64,000 nt of DNA from an uncultured Lachnospiraceae bacterium (GTDB taxonomy: Bacteria; Bacillota; Clostridia; Christensenellales; UBA1242). Where the stretch lies: contig CAYNTF010000002.1 in assembly GCA_964400145.1 (NCBI GenBank), positions 65,164 through 129,163 of the forward strand, in the 5' to 3' direction. Of the stretch, positions 17,671 through 27,989 are shown in pieces. The stretch's first letter is position 1. Each line of letters begins with the position of its first letter. Both the position numbers and the translations under genes were made by a program. The notes under the pieces were generated by a model that saw only the letters and a list, made by a program, of their open reading frames with translations, was not told where the DNA came from and did no database searches.

Positions 17671-18600
17671 TTAATCAGTTTCTTCTAGTTTATTCTCTTT
17701 TTTGTCGTCATTTTTGTTATCACCTTTTTCGTCACCTATATCATCACCTTTTTTGTCATTTTTGTTCTTGTCAACAACTTCAATTTCACTTGCGCCTTCA
17801 ACATTGTTTTCACTGATTCCGTCACGCTTTTCATCACTTTTCCTTGAACTATTTTTTTTGTTTTCTTTATGAAAAACCTTTTTCAAGTAATTCTCAATTT
17901 GCGCGCGATATTTATATGACAGAACAAGAATAATCACAACCGCAACAACAATAAAGCCCCAAGCCACCAATCCCCAGCCGTGATATGGAATTATAGTTCC
18001 ACTTCCAAGATAGCAAGTCAAGAAAATTCCAATCGGTCTGGAAATGAGATTTGTGAGAACAAAAAATGACCAACTCATGTCGGTGAGCCCTGCAACAAGG
18101 CAAAGAACATCATCTGGAAAAACAGGCAAGACCATCATGACAAAGAAAGAATATTTTGCATTTGTCAAAAATTCTGTCCACTTATCGCAAGTTTCCTTTC
18201 CGACCATAAAGACCACAAGTTTTCTTCCAAACACACGCCCCAAAAAAAAGGCGAAAACACTGCCAAGCAAAATCCCCGCCAAACTTAGAAGTGCCGCTTG
18301 GAGCGGACCATAAATCAGCACTCCCGCAAGAGTGGAAATTGTGGATGGAATAGGCAAAAAAGTCACCTGCAAAAATTGAATGATAACAAACCCAAGTCGC
18401 CCCCAAAAGCCGAGTGATAAAATAAGTTGACGAAGTTTTTCAGCAGAATTGATATACTCCCACGCCCCTGTCCATACAAGGATAAAATAACCAAGAACGC
18501 AGAGAGCAAGAAAGATGACCACCACAAGCGTGATGCGAAAAATCTTTTTCTTTATTGACAGAGTTTTCTTCTCTTCCTGTTCTCCATTGACTGTTTTCAT
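17671..18600 (-). CDS. TVP38/TMEM64 (DedA/SNARE-associated) family membrane protein with a Lys/Asp-rich C-terminal tail
   Basis: Core sequence FLQVTFLPIPSTISTLAGVLIYGPLQAALLSLAGILLGSVFAFFLGRVFGRKLV. The last ~65 aa are low-complexity and charged. Confidence 0.7.
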   Translation of the reverse strand: MKTVNGEQEEKKTLSIKKKIFRITLVVVIFLALCVLGYFILVWTGAWEYINSAEKLRQLILSLGFWGRLGFVIIQFLQVTFLPIPSTISTLAGVLIYGPLQAALLSLAGILLGSVFAFFLGRVFGRKLVVFMVGKETCDKWTEFLTNAKYSFFVMMVLPVFPDDVLCLVAGLTDMSWSFFVLTNLISRPIGIFLTCYLGSGTIIPYHGWGLVAWGFIVVAVVIILVLSYKYRAQIENYLKKVFHKENKKNSSRKSDEKRDGISENNVEGASEIEVVDKNKNDKKGDDIGDEKGDNKNDDKKENKLEETD

Positions 18601-18800
18601 TTCTTATATTATATTCAAAAAAGACATGAATTACAAAACATTTGGCTTAAACACAAATAAATTTTTATAAATACTTCAAAACTGCTTCTTTCAAAACGGC
18701 ATTTAAAAATGTTTTAAATACGAACTAAAAATTGATCAAAATCAAGTAATTATTTTATATATATGATTTTTTCAAAAATAAAGCAATAAAATCCAAAATT

Positions 18801-20456
18801 TTATGGATTATATTCACTTGGATTGGTCTTTTCAAGTTTTGCCCGAACAGCATCTTCACTTGCTTTTGTCACTTTTTGCGGTTTAATAATTTTCACTTCA
18901 CTTGGCGGAATGGTCATGCACTCTGCTGGTTGCTCAACGCCTTCCATGACAATACCGTCCTGAGATTGATAGTAATCATGCCTAATTTCTTTTTCTTCCA
19001 CAAGTTCACCGTCTTTGTAATATTGCAAATACCCTTTGCTTTCATATCCTTCGCGCGGATATTTGACGCGATAATATTCCCCTTTATAAAGAATTTTGTC
19101 TTGATATTCCCCTTTACTGTCCGCCAAAACCATATCTCCATTATGCGGAAGAATTTTCACAAGTTCGGAGCGTTCTTTGATTGTAATGTCGTCATCAAAT
19201 CTCTCGCCAAAAATCTGCACACTCACTTTTTCATCATCCGCATAGGTTTTGATGTAAATCGGGCTTTCCAAATTATTCTTAAAGACCAAGTCGGAATAAT
19301 TCCCCGAAACCATCGCGTCAAAAGAAAGAGGAACATACGATGCTGGAAGCGAATGATGATTGACACTGACAATCTCAACATCGGCAAGAAGAAGCGCGTT
19401 ATAAAGCGTTGTGGACGCCTGACACACACCACCGCCAATGCCGTCAACATAGACCCCGCCGACAATTATGTGCGCGTTTTGATATCCCTGTTCTTCGGTG
19501 CGCGGGCCAGTCGTTTCGTTGAAAGATATCGTTTCTCCACTCTCCACAATCATTCCGTCAAAAGATGAAAGCGCTTTCTTTATGTTGTTCTTTCTCGCTG
19601 ACGAACTTGTGGCATAAGATGTCGAAAATTCACTTCGCATAATCACACTATCCTTCAACTCTTCCGCATCAAATTCATTTTCAATCTCAAAAATTGGAAT
19701 TTCAATTTCAACTTGTTTTGAATTTTTAAGTGCATTGTCAATTTCTTGATAGAGCGCGTCACGGTTCACCAAAATCGCTGATTGCCCTTCGTCAATCACA
19801 AACAATTCTTCGCTGTTCGGTTGAAAAACCAAACTTGCTGGTCGCGCTTCTTGTTCGACTTGAGAAATTATTTCATCAATTTTCTCGTCAATATTCCCCA
19901 AGATGTTTGTGTAGGATATTGTGAAATTTTGCCCATTCTTTTCAACTTCTTTTTCTTTGAAAAAATTTTGAAAGAAATTTCCATCTCTACCAATCTTGGA
20001 AAGATTTTTAATAATCGGCTGAATTTTGTTCGTCACTTCAAAATCACTTCCAGACAGCGTCCAACTGTTCTCCCCGCTTTCCAAAGTTATCTCAATATCT
20101 TTGCATGAAGAAAGCATATCCGTGAGAACAACATTTTCCGCTTCTGCAACACTCAACCCGCTGACATCAAGTCCATTTATAAAAGTGTTATCATAAAACT
20201 TTTCAGAACCTGTCAAAACATTTTCAAAGAAAAGTTGACATGAAAGAAGAAGAGCAACACTCAAACCCGAAACACCCAAAAACCAATAAATGCCTTTTTT
20301 TGATGTTTTTTTAGAGTTTGTATTTTTTCCTTTTTTCTCGCTTTTTAACTCATTTTTTGCAAATTTTTCGCTTTTTTTCGATTTTTTTTGCAAATTTTCG
20401 TTATTTTTTTTGATTTTTTGCGATTTTTTAGTTTTTTTCTTCTCTTCTTTTTCCAT
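18801..20456 (-). CDS. VanW-family protein (Lys-rich N-terminus, TM, VanW domain, G5-like C-terminus)
   Basis: VanW core: ISFNETTGPRTEEQGYQNAHIIVGGVYVDGIGGGVCQASTTLYNALLLADVEIV...HSLPASYVP. Confidence 0.8.
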   Translation of the reverse strand: MEKEEKKKTKKSQKIKKNNENLQKKSKKSEKFAKNELKSEKKGKNTNSKKTSKKGIYWFLGVSGLSVALLLSCQLFFENVLTGSEKFYDNTFINGLDVSGLSVAEAENVVLTDMLSSCKDIEITLESGENSWTLSGSDFEVTNKIQPIIKNLSKIGRDGNFFQNFFKEKEVEKNGQNFTISYTNILGNIDEKIDEIISQVEQEARPASLVFQPNSEELFVIDEGQSAILVNRDALYQEIDNALKNSKQVEIEIPIFEIENEFDAEELKDSVIMRSEFSTSYATSSSARKNNIKKALSSFDGMIVESGETISFNETTGPRTEEQGYQNAHIIVGGVYVDGIGGGVCQASTTLYNALLLADVEIVSVNHHSLPASYVPLSFDAMVSGNYSDLVFKNNLESPIYIKTYADDEKVSVQIFGERFDDDITIKERSELVKILPHNGDMVLADSKGEYQDKILYKGEYYRVKYPREGYESKGYLQYYKDGELVEEKEIRHDYYQSQDGIVMEGVEQPAECMTIPPSEVKIIKPQKVTKASEDAVRAKLEKTNPSEYNP

Positions 20457-20609
20457 AATCTTATTATGTCGATAATAATCAAATTTATGAAATCATAGAA
20501 CAAAAATTATTTTGTGAAATGAAAAAACAAATCAAAAACCTTTTCAATTTTAAAAAACAAAAAGTTGCAAAAGTTTGCAACCTTTTTAAATCACTATAAA
20601 TCACTTAAC

Positions 20610-21833
20610 TTAAAAATTTATCAAATTTTTGGAAATTTCGCCAAGCAAAACTTCCTTTTCATTTTTCAATTTTCCATCAAAAACTTTGATAAGAAGATTT
20701 TGCAAAATTCGCGAATAACTGCGTTTGTCGATGTTTGAAAAATTTGTCTTTATGTCATTCTCGTTGATTTTTAAATCGGAAATTTTTATCACCAAGCCAT
20801 GCTCAATGATGTATCTGTAAAAGAACTGATATTTGTTTCCAACATGTTTTGACTTGCAAGCAATCAGCGGATATATCCCCGCCCAATTTTCGAAGTATTT
20901 CAAAAAATACTCCTTGTTCTTCATTCCATCAAGCGCTTCATAATATCCCGCAAGATATATGAAAATCTTTTTGCTGGTCGCAATGCTCAGTCCAAACTCT
21001 TTCAAAAGTTTTTCCAAAAAACTTTCCAAACACGCCGGTCTGACACTGTCAACAATATCAATCAAAAGCCCCAAAACCTTGTCCTCAACCTTGTTGACCA
21101 TTTTATACTTAATTTTTTTAATTTCAAGTCCAAGAGTTTTCCAAAAGCCAAGTTCATTCAAAAGCCCCAACGCTCTTTTCACCTTTCCAATTCCATATCT
21201 CTTGTCACAATAGAGAATTTTTTCAATTTCAGAAAATTTGCGAACGCCCGAAATCTCTTTGACATTGTTGACAAATTTCTTTGCCGAAGCAAGAGTTGTT
21301 TTTTCAATCTTAAACCCCAACTCGCCCGCAATTCTGACCATGCGCAAAATTCGTTCGCCGTCATTTTTGAAAACATCGTCGGGATTGACACAAGTTCGAA
21401 CGAGTTTGTCAGACAAATCGACAATGCCGTGACAAAGGTCAACACACTCGTCTTTGTTGATGTTATAATAAATGCAATTTATCGAAAAATCTCTGCGCAA
21501 GACATCTTCTTCAAGTTTATCCGTCCGCTCCACGCTGACAGGACAATGTCTGCCGTCATCGCCATAAATTTCCTTTCGAAATGCGGTATACTCAAAACTT
21601 TCGGTTTTGTTATAAATCAAAATTGAGCCCAATTTCAGATTTTTGATTTTGACAGAGTATGGCGATTTTTCCAATCTTTTTGCCACTTCTTCAATATCGA
21701 CACAAGAGCATAAGTCAACATCTCCACTTTCAATCCCCAAGAGTTTGTTTCGAACATATCCGCCCACAATATACAAATTTTCTGGAAAATATTTGGACAA
21801 TTTTTTTAAATTCTCAGAGATTTCAATAAACAT
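20610..21833 (-). CDS. cca: CCA-adding tRNA nucleotidyltransferase / poly(A) polymerase family
   Basis: LYIVGGYVRNKLLGIESGDVDLC (GGxVRD-like motif plus DxD) and RRDFSINCIYYN. GGAGGG precedes the ATG at 21833. Confidence 0.8.
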   Translation of the reverse strand: MFIEISENLKKLSKYFPENLYIVGGYVRNKLLGIESGDVDLCSCVDIEEVAKRLEKSPYSVKIKNLKLGSILIYNKTESFEYTAFRKEIYGDDGRHCPVSVERTDKLEEDVLRRDFSINCIYYNINKDECVDLCHGIVDLSDKLVRTCVNPDDVFKNDGERILRMVRIAGELGFKIEKTTLASAKKFVNNVKEISGVRKFSEIEKILYCDKRYGIGKVKRALGLLNELGFWKTLGLEIKKIKYKMVNKVEDKVLGLLIDIVDSVRPACLESFLEKLLKEFGLSIATSKKIFIYLAGYYEALDGMKNKEYFLKYFENWAGIYPLIACKSKHVGNKYQFFYRYIIEHGLVIKISDLKINENDIKTNFSNIDKRSYSRILQNLLIKVFDGKLKNEKEVLLGEISKNLINF

Positions 21834-22076
21834 ATTCCCTCCAAACAAGTTTCACCGCATTTTTTCGTTTTTTTTGCACTTTACAATTTATTTAAAAATC
21901 TTTTAACAGTCAATCATCTTAACCTTGCCGACATTTTCTCAATTTTTGTTTTCATTTTATAATTATTTTTTTTGATTTTTTGACATATCATTAGTTTATA
22001 AGATTTTAATATATAAGACCAAAAAAAGTCAAATATAATTTGACATTTTGTTAAAAATTAATTAAACTAATATAGC

Positions 22077-24704
22077 ATGAAAAAATTAAGAAAAAAGAAA
22101 AAAAGACAGCAATCACTCAAAGATATTCCTATTGTTCGCTATCAAACTGATAAGAACATTGGTCTTTCCGAGGAACAAATCAATGAGAGAATTGAACATA
22201 AACTTGTCAACGACACCAAAATTCGAACTTCAAACTCTTATTTGTCCATAATTGCAAAGAATGTCTTCACCGTGTTTAACATGATTTGGCTTGTCATCGC
22301 CGTGGCATTGATGTGTGTGAATGCTTGGGGCGATATGATTTTTATTTTCGTTGTCATTGCAAACACTGCTATTTCGATTTTTCAAGAAATAAAAGCCAAA
22401 ATCACCGTTGAAAAACTATCCATGGTGACCGTTCCAAAAACAAAAGTCATCCGAACGGGTTTGGAAATGGAAGTGAAAAGTGAAGCTCTTCTTCTTGACG
22501 ACATAATCGTGCTTGAAAATGGAAATCAAATTCCTGCCGACTGCATTATTGTTGACGGCATTGTGGAAGCAAATGAAAGTCTTTTGACAGGCGAAAGTAA
22601 TTACATCAAAAAAGTGGAAGGCGACACCCTTCTTGCTGGAAGTTTTTTGGTTTCTGGAAAATGCTACGCCCGTGTTGACAGAGTTGGAAAAGGGAATTAC
22701 ATTCAAACCGTTGCAGAACAAACAAAAGATTTCAAGCCACAAACATCCAACCTGTTCAAAGATTTGAACAATTTGATTAAAATCATCATCATTATCTTAA
22801 TCCCAATCGGAGTGTTGACTTTCTGCAAGGAATATTTCTTGTCTGGAACAACCATGACAGATGCCATCACCAGCACAAGTGGGGCTTTGACAGGCATGAT
22901 TCCTGCTGGCATGTATCTTCTCATCACCATTGGGCTTTCGGTTGGCGTCATCAAACTTGCTCGAAAAAAGACTTTGGTCAAAAACTTATATTCCATCGAA
23001 ATGCTTGCGCGTGCCAATGTGCTTTGCCTTGACAAAACAGGAACAATCACGGACGGCACAATGAATGTTGTCGATGTTTCAGTGCAAAACGGCATGACAA
23101 TGACCAAACTTGAAAAAATCATGAAACAAATTCTCTCTGCCCAAAAAACGACAAATGCAACAAGCGTTGCCATGACAGAATATTTCGGCACAGAAATCAC
23201 CAACAATGTGAAAGATGTCATCGAGTTCTCTTCTTCAAGAAAATACTCTGCCACAACACTCAAAAATGGTAAAACATATTATATCGGCGCGATTGCGTTT
23301 ATCAAATGCCCTATGACAACTGCACAAAAAAACGAGATGAATTCATATATGGACAAAGGTCTGCGCGTTATGGGTGTTGTTGAAGATTCAAACGCCTATT
23401 CTGAAAAAACTGTGGGCAAAAAAGGAAAATTGATTGCAATATTGGTGCTTGAAGACCATGTGAGAAAAGATGCCGTCGAAACGATTGAATGGTTCAAGAA
23501 AAACAATGTTGATGTGAAAATCATTTCTGGTGATGACGCTCTCACGGTTTCCAAAATTGCCAAGCGGGTCGGAGTTGAAAACAGTGACAAATTCGTTTCG
23601 CTGGAAAATATGAGCCTTCAAGAAGTTGCACAAATTGCCAACAAATTCACTGTTTTTGGACGAGTGACCCCAGAACAAAAACATATAATCATCAAAACTC
23701 TCAAAACACAAGGCAAAGTTGTTGCCATGACTGGTGATGGTGTCAACGACACACTCGCCCTGAAAGAAGCGAACTGTTCAATCGCGATGGCTGACGGAAG
23801 TGAAGTCGCCCGCAACATCTCACACTTGGTGCTTATGGAAAGCAACTTCTCGGCATTGCCAGCGATTGTGAACGAAGGTCGACAAATTGTCAACAATGTG
23901 CAAAAATCATCCGTGTTATATCTCATGAAAACAGTTTTCACAATCATGCTTTGCGTCACAACTTTGATTTTGCGCATTTCCTACCCTTTCACTCCAAAAC
24001 AACTGCTTCTTTTGGAAATGTTCATAATTGGACTTCCATCGTTCATCTTGACATTCCAGCCTAACAACGAACTTATCCGCGGAAATTTTATCCCACAAGT
24101 CTTGAAAAAATCTATCCCTTGTTCGCTTTTGATGTTTTTAAATATAATGATTATAGTGATTTTAAACGACACAAGCACCACACTCACTTCAAGTGAATTC
24201 ACTTCACTTTGCACCATGCTTTTGACTTGCATTGGCTTCATCAATCTTGTTTGGGTGTGCTATCCATTTAATTGGTTGAAAACAATTTGCGTCACACTGT
24301 CCGCCATTTGTATAGTCGGTTGCGTGTCAGGTCTTGGTCGGTTCTTCGCAATCACAGAGTTCACCTTCCCTGTCATGACAACACTGCTGACACTTTGCCT
24401 TTGCACAATTTTGATTGTTGTTGGCGCGTTCTATTTTCAAGAGTGGTATCGCAACAAACACCAATATCAAACCGCAAACGGAATTGACATCAAACCAAGT
24501 TTTTGGCAAGTTTTTATGTCAAAATTCAAATTGAAAAACAACAACGAAAATGAAGGTGTTGAAATAATACAAGTCGACGAGAACAACATCTCCTCATCTG
24601 ACAAATCTGAAAACAAAAACAAAACAAAGAAGGACAAAAAGGAAAAGAAGGAGCGAAAAAAGAAGAAAAACAAAGATAAATCAAATGATGTTGAACAAAT
24701 TTGA
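22077..24704 (+). CDS. Cation-transporting P-type ATPase (E1-E2) with a Lys-rich C-terminal tail
   Basis: Motifs TGES, CLDKTGTITDG and MTGDGVNDTLALKEANCSIAM, with 8-10 TM. Ion specificity cannot be called from the sequence. Confidence 0.9.
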   Translation: MKKLRKKKKRQQSLKDIPIVRYQTDKNIGLSEEQINERIEHKLVNDTKIRTSNSYLSIIAKNVFTVFNMIWLVIAVALMCVNAWGDMIFIFVVIANTAISIFQEIKAKITVEKLSMVTVPKTKVIRTGLEMEVKSEALLLDDIIVLENGNQIPADCIIVDGIVEANESLLTGESNYIKKVEGDTLLAGSFLVSGKCYARVDRVGKGNYIQTVAEQTKDFKPQTSNLFKDLNNLIKIIIIILIPIGVLTFCKEYFLSGTTMTDAITSTSGALTGMIPAGMYLLITIGLSVGVIKLARKKTLVKNLYSIEMLARANVLCLDKTGTITDGTMNVVDVSVQNGMTMTKLEKIMKQILSAQKTTNATSVAMTEYFGTEITNNVKDVIEFSSSRKYSATTLKNGKTYYIGAIAFIKCPMTTAQKNEMNSYMDKGLRVMGVVEDSNAYSEKTVGKKGKLIAILVLEDHVRKDAVETIEWFKKNNVDVKIISGDDALTVSKIAKRVGVENSDKFVSLENMSLQEVAQIANKFTVFGRVTPEQKHIIIKTLKTQGKVVAMTGDGVNDTLALKEANCSIAMADGSEVARNISHLVLMESNFSALPAIVNEGRQIVNNVQKSSVLYLMKTVFTIMLCVTTLILRISYPFTPKQLLLLEMFIIGLPSFILTFQPNNELIRGNFIPQVLKKSIPCSLLMFLNIMIIVILNDTSTTLTSSEFTSLCTMLLTCIGFINLVWVCYPFNWLKTICVTLSAICIVGCVSGLGRFFAITEFTFPVMTTLLTLCLCTILIVVGAFYFQEWYRNKHQYQTANGIDIKPSFWQVFMSKFKLKNNNENEGVEIIQVDENNISSSDKSENKNKTKKDKKEKKERKKKKNKDKSNDVEQI

Positions 24705-24750
24705 TTCGTTTAATTTTTAAACCATTTGCAAATTTGTTGAAAAATAACAA

Positions 24751-24781
24751 AAAAAATGACAATGTTTTGTCATTTTTTTTA
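24751..24781. terminator. Bidirectional intrinsic terminator
   Basis: Stem aaaatgacaa / ttgtcatttt with loop tgtt, flanked by an A-run and a T-run. Confidence 0.7.
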
Positions 24782-24797
24782 CTGAAAAAATTTGTTT

Positions 24798-25007
24798 TTA
24801 TATCCAAATTGTTTTATATCCAAAAAATTTGCAAGATTGCAACTCAACACCCCACAAACTGCGATTGCAACCTTCATAAATGCCATTTTGACTTCCTTTC
24901 CGTCCACCATTCCACCCTTCATTTTCGGCTTGAACAAAATTTTTTCCGGTGATATTCAAAAAGACATCATCCATATACAACATGAGAATTTTCCGAATAT
25001 TTTTCAT
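24798..25007 (-). CDS. Possible 69-aa protein translationally coupled to recD2
   Basis: The ATG at 25007 lies 4 nt after the recD2 TGA. The ORF fills the gap up to the terminator at 24751-81. No recognisable motif. Confidence 0.3.
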   Translation of the reverse strand: MKNIRKILMLYMDDVFLNITGKNFVQAENEGWNGGRKGSQNGIYEGCNRSLWGVELQSCKFFGYKTIWI

Positions 25008-25011
25008 CGTT

Positions 25012-27246
25012 TCAATCTTCAAACATCTTGTTCACTTTGTCGTTCGCTTCAATCAAAAGCCGTTTGAGATTGGTGAAACGCGTGGCTGTGTATTTGTTCG
25101 ACACCATTCTTTTCAGATATTGTTTTTCGCCAACAATAACCACCATTTTCTTGGCACGCGTCACAGCGGTGTATATGAGATTTCGCGTCAAAATTATGCT
25201 CGGACCCGCGATTGCAGGAATGATGATGACATCAAACTCTGACCCCTGACTTTTGTGAATTGTGATGGCATAAGATAACGACAAATCCGAAAGGTCAATT
25301 CGCGTATATTTGCAAATTCGACCATCTTCAAAATTGACAACAACTTCTCCTGTTTGCGCATCGATTGTTTCAATCATGCCGATGTCACCGTTAAACACTC
25401 CTTTGCCCGTTTCATCTGCAAACCGCCCGTGTTTTCGCCATTCAAGGTCATAGTTGTTGCTCATTTGCATAACTTTGTCGCCCTCGCGGAAAATTGTTCT
25501 GACAAATTCCAACTGCCTTCTTTCTGGACTTGGTGGATTTATTCTCTCCTGCAAAACCTTGTTGAGATTTTCAATTCCGCACACTCCCGCTTTCAGTGGC
25601 GCAAGCACCTGAATTTGTTTTGGGTCAATGTGAAGATAGTTTGGCAATCGTTTTGTGACAAGTTCAACAATAGCGTCTTTGATATTCTCTGGCTCAGGCT
25701 TACTTTCAAAAAAGAAGTCCAAACTTGTGTTGTCAATGAGTGGCATTTTCCCTTCATTAATAAGATGCGCGTTGGTGATAATCAAACTTTTTTCATCTTG
25801 TCTGAAAATTTTGGAAAGCATACAATAAGAAATCACTTCACTGCCCAAAATGTCGGCAAGCACATTTCCTGGTCCAACACTTGGCAACTGGTCCTTATCC
25901 CCCACCAAAATCAACTTGCAGTCGCGCGGTAACGCTTTGAGAAGTGATGACATCAGCGCCACATCAACCATGGACACTTCGTCCACAATCACGCAGTCGG
26001 TTTTAAGTGGATTGCTTTCATTATGCGCAAAGAAACTCTGCTCATTTTGAATGGTGTTAACTTCCAAAAGTCGATGAATTGTCTTTGCTTCACTTCCCGT
26101 GCTGTCACTCAACCGCTTTGCTGCACGCCCCGTTGGAGCACACAACGAAACTTCTTTCTTTTGAGATTTCAAAATCTCTAAAATGCACTTAATTATCGTC
26201 GTTTTTCCCGTTCCAGGCCCGCCCGTGATGACATAAACACCGTTATTTATCGCCCCAACAATCGCCTTCTTTTGTTCTTCATGAAAAGTTATGCCGTTTC
26301 TCTGCTCAAAATTGGAGATATCGTCAGAAATATCCCACTCTTCGTTCTTTTGGCAACAAGCCAGCCAAACAAGTTTTTGTGCAATGGAATGTTCAAAATA
26401 ATGATATCTCGAAAGCATGACAATTTCAGTGCCATCCACCCAAGTTGTGACGACAGTGCGGTCAAGACAAATGCTGTCGAACGCTTCGTCAAACTTGCTC
26501 TGAAATTCTTCCAAATTCAATTCCAACGATTTTGAAGCCTCGCCAAAGAGCATAACTTTTGGCAAATATGTGTTCCCATTTTTTTCGCAAGAAGTTTTCA
26601 GCACAAAAATAAGCCCTGCCCGCACACGAAAAACACTGTCGGTTGGAATTCCAACATTTTGCGCAATGCGGTCGGCTGTCACAAACCCAATGCCGTCAAT
26701 ATCTTCCACAAGTTTATATGGATTATTTTTGACAATTTCCGTAGTTTTTTCGTGATAAACATTATATATCTTCAACGCCATATTTGTGGTGATGTTGAAA
26801 TTTTGCAGATAAATTATCGTGTTCTGGACTTCACGGTGTTCCTTGAAGGAAAATCCAATCTCCACCGCTTTTTTCTCGCTGATACCCGAAATTTGCGCCA
26901 ACTTTTGTGGAGTATATTCCAAAACATCAAGCGTTTCTTTTCCAAAACGCTCAACAATCTTTTTTGCAGTCACAGGTCCAACACCACGAATAAGCCCACT
27001 GCCAAGATATTTTTCAATCCCCGCCAATGATTTTGGTGCGGACATTTGATACGAAGAAAAAGCATATTGCACGCCATACTTGGTTTTTTCAAACTTACCT
27101 TCCAAAGTAACTTCGGCGCCCACCTGCACATCAATAAACTTCCCAACCACAGTGACAACACTGTCATCTTTTTCAAGTCGAGCGACAGTATAGCCATTTT
27201 CATCGTTGCGATAGACAATATCTTCAATAATTCCCGTCAAAGCCAT
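25012..27246 (-). CDS. recD2: RecD2-type SF1B ATP-dependent DNA helicase
   Basis: 744 aa with an N-terminal OB/HhH region, Walker A ITGGPGTGKTT, LILVGDKDQLPSVGPG and a C-terminal AITIHKSQGSEF. Confidence 0.9.
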   Translation of the reverse strand: MALTGIIEDIVYRNDENGYTVARLEKDDSVVTVVGKFIDVQVGAEVTLEGKFEKTKYGVQYAFSSYQMSAPKSLAGIEKYLGSGLIRGVGPVTAKKIVERFGKETLDVLEYTPQKLAQISGISEKKAVEIGFSFKEHREVQNTIIYLQNFNITTNMALKIYNVYHEKTTEIVKNNPYKLVEDIDGIGFVTADRIAQNVGIPTDSVFRVRAGLIFVLKTSCEKNGNTYLPKVMLFGEASKSLELNLEEFQSKFDEAFDSICLDRTVVTTWVDGTEIVMLSRYHYFEHSIAQKLVWLACCQKNEEWDISDDISNFEQRNGITFHEEQKKAIVGAINNGVYVITGGPGTGKTTIIKCILEILKSQKKEVSLCAPTGRAAKRLSDSTGSEAKTIHRLLEVNTIQNEQSFFAHNESNPLKTDCVIVDEVSMVDVALMSSLLKALPRDCKLILVGDKDQLPSVGPGNVLADILGSEVISYCMLSKIFRQDEKSLIITNAHLINEGKMPLIDNTSLDFFFESKPEPENIKDAIVELVTKRLPNYLHIDPKQIQVLAPLKAGVCGIENLNKVLQERINPPSPERRQLEFVRTIFREGDKVMQMSNNYDLEWRKHGRFADETGKGVFNGDIGMIETIDAQTGEVVVNFEDGRICKYTRIDLSDLSLSYAITIHKSQGSEFDVIIIPAIAGPSIILTRNLIYTAVTRAKKMVVIVGEKQYLKRMVSNKYTATRFTNLKRLLIEANDKVNKMFED

Positions 27247-27491
27247 ACTTATATTTTAATTTTTTTCTCGACAAAAATCAAGCAAAAACACAAACTATCT
27301 TTCTTACACCAAATTGACATTATTAAATCATTTATTAAAATGGTTGTTTTTAGCACTCAGTCAAAAGAAGACATTGCCTCTCGCTTCGCGTTATATTAAA
27401 AAAAGAAATAGATATATTTTTTCATAACTTTTTATTTATTTTTATGTAAAAAAGTTGCAAAAATCTTTTTCATTCTATATAATTGTAGTGT

Positions 27492-27875
27492 ATGAAAAAT
27501 GTTGACAAGATTTTAGAAATTGAAGCATTGACCGAAAACTTGACCAAGCATTTTGCAAAAAACAACTTGCTCAAAATCAAGGTTCTTTATTTCATCTCAC
27601 AATACGAAAATCTTTCCGTCAGCATGATTATTGACAAACTTGGCATAAAAAAGTCCAATTTTGCCCTTATGACAAAAGAACTTGAACGCGAAGGGCTGAT
27701 AAACTCAAAACAAGGCGAAATCGACAAGCGCTGTCGCCTGATAAGGCTGACCGACAAAGGAAAAACCGAACTTTCCGCTTTTATGGACAAATTGGATGAA
27801 TATTTTGATGATTATCCAACAAGTGTTAAAGAAGCAGTGAACACTCTGTGCGCTTATTTGAATAAAAAGATATAA
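27492..27875 (+). CDS. MarR-family transcriptional regulator
   Basis: 127-aa winged HTH: LSVSMIIDKLGIKKSNFALMTKELEREGLINSKQGEIDKRCRLIRLTDKG. Confidence 0.75.
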   Translation: MKNVDKILEIEALTENLTKHFAKNNLLKIKVLYFISQYENLSVSMIIDKLGIKKSNFALMTKELEREGLINSKQGEIDKRCRLIRLTDKGKTELSAFMDKLDEYFDDYPTSVKEAVNTLCAYLNKKI

Positions 27876-27989
27876 ACAAAATTTGAATTTTCAAATATAA
27901 ATTTTCAAATTTAAAAAAAGTTGAATATTTAGATTAATTCAAGATAAAAAATCGTTAAATTCAATCAGAAATCCTTTTGGAGTATATAT

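Noticed and set aside
27876-27989. T-box or other riboswitch leaders upstream of cysS (and of glnS, 53583-53687)
   Set aside because: The leaders are only about 100-110 nt, are A/T-rich, and lack the specifier-loop, AGAGA and T-box sequence elements. They are too short for a T-box.
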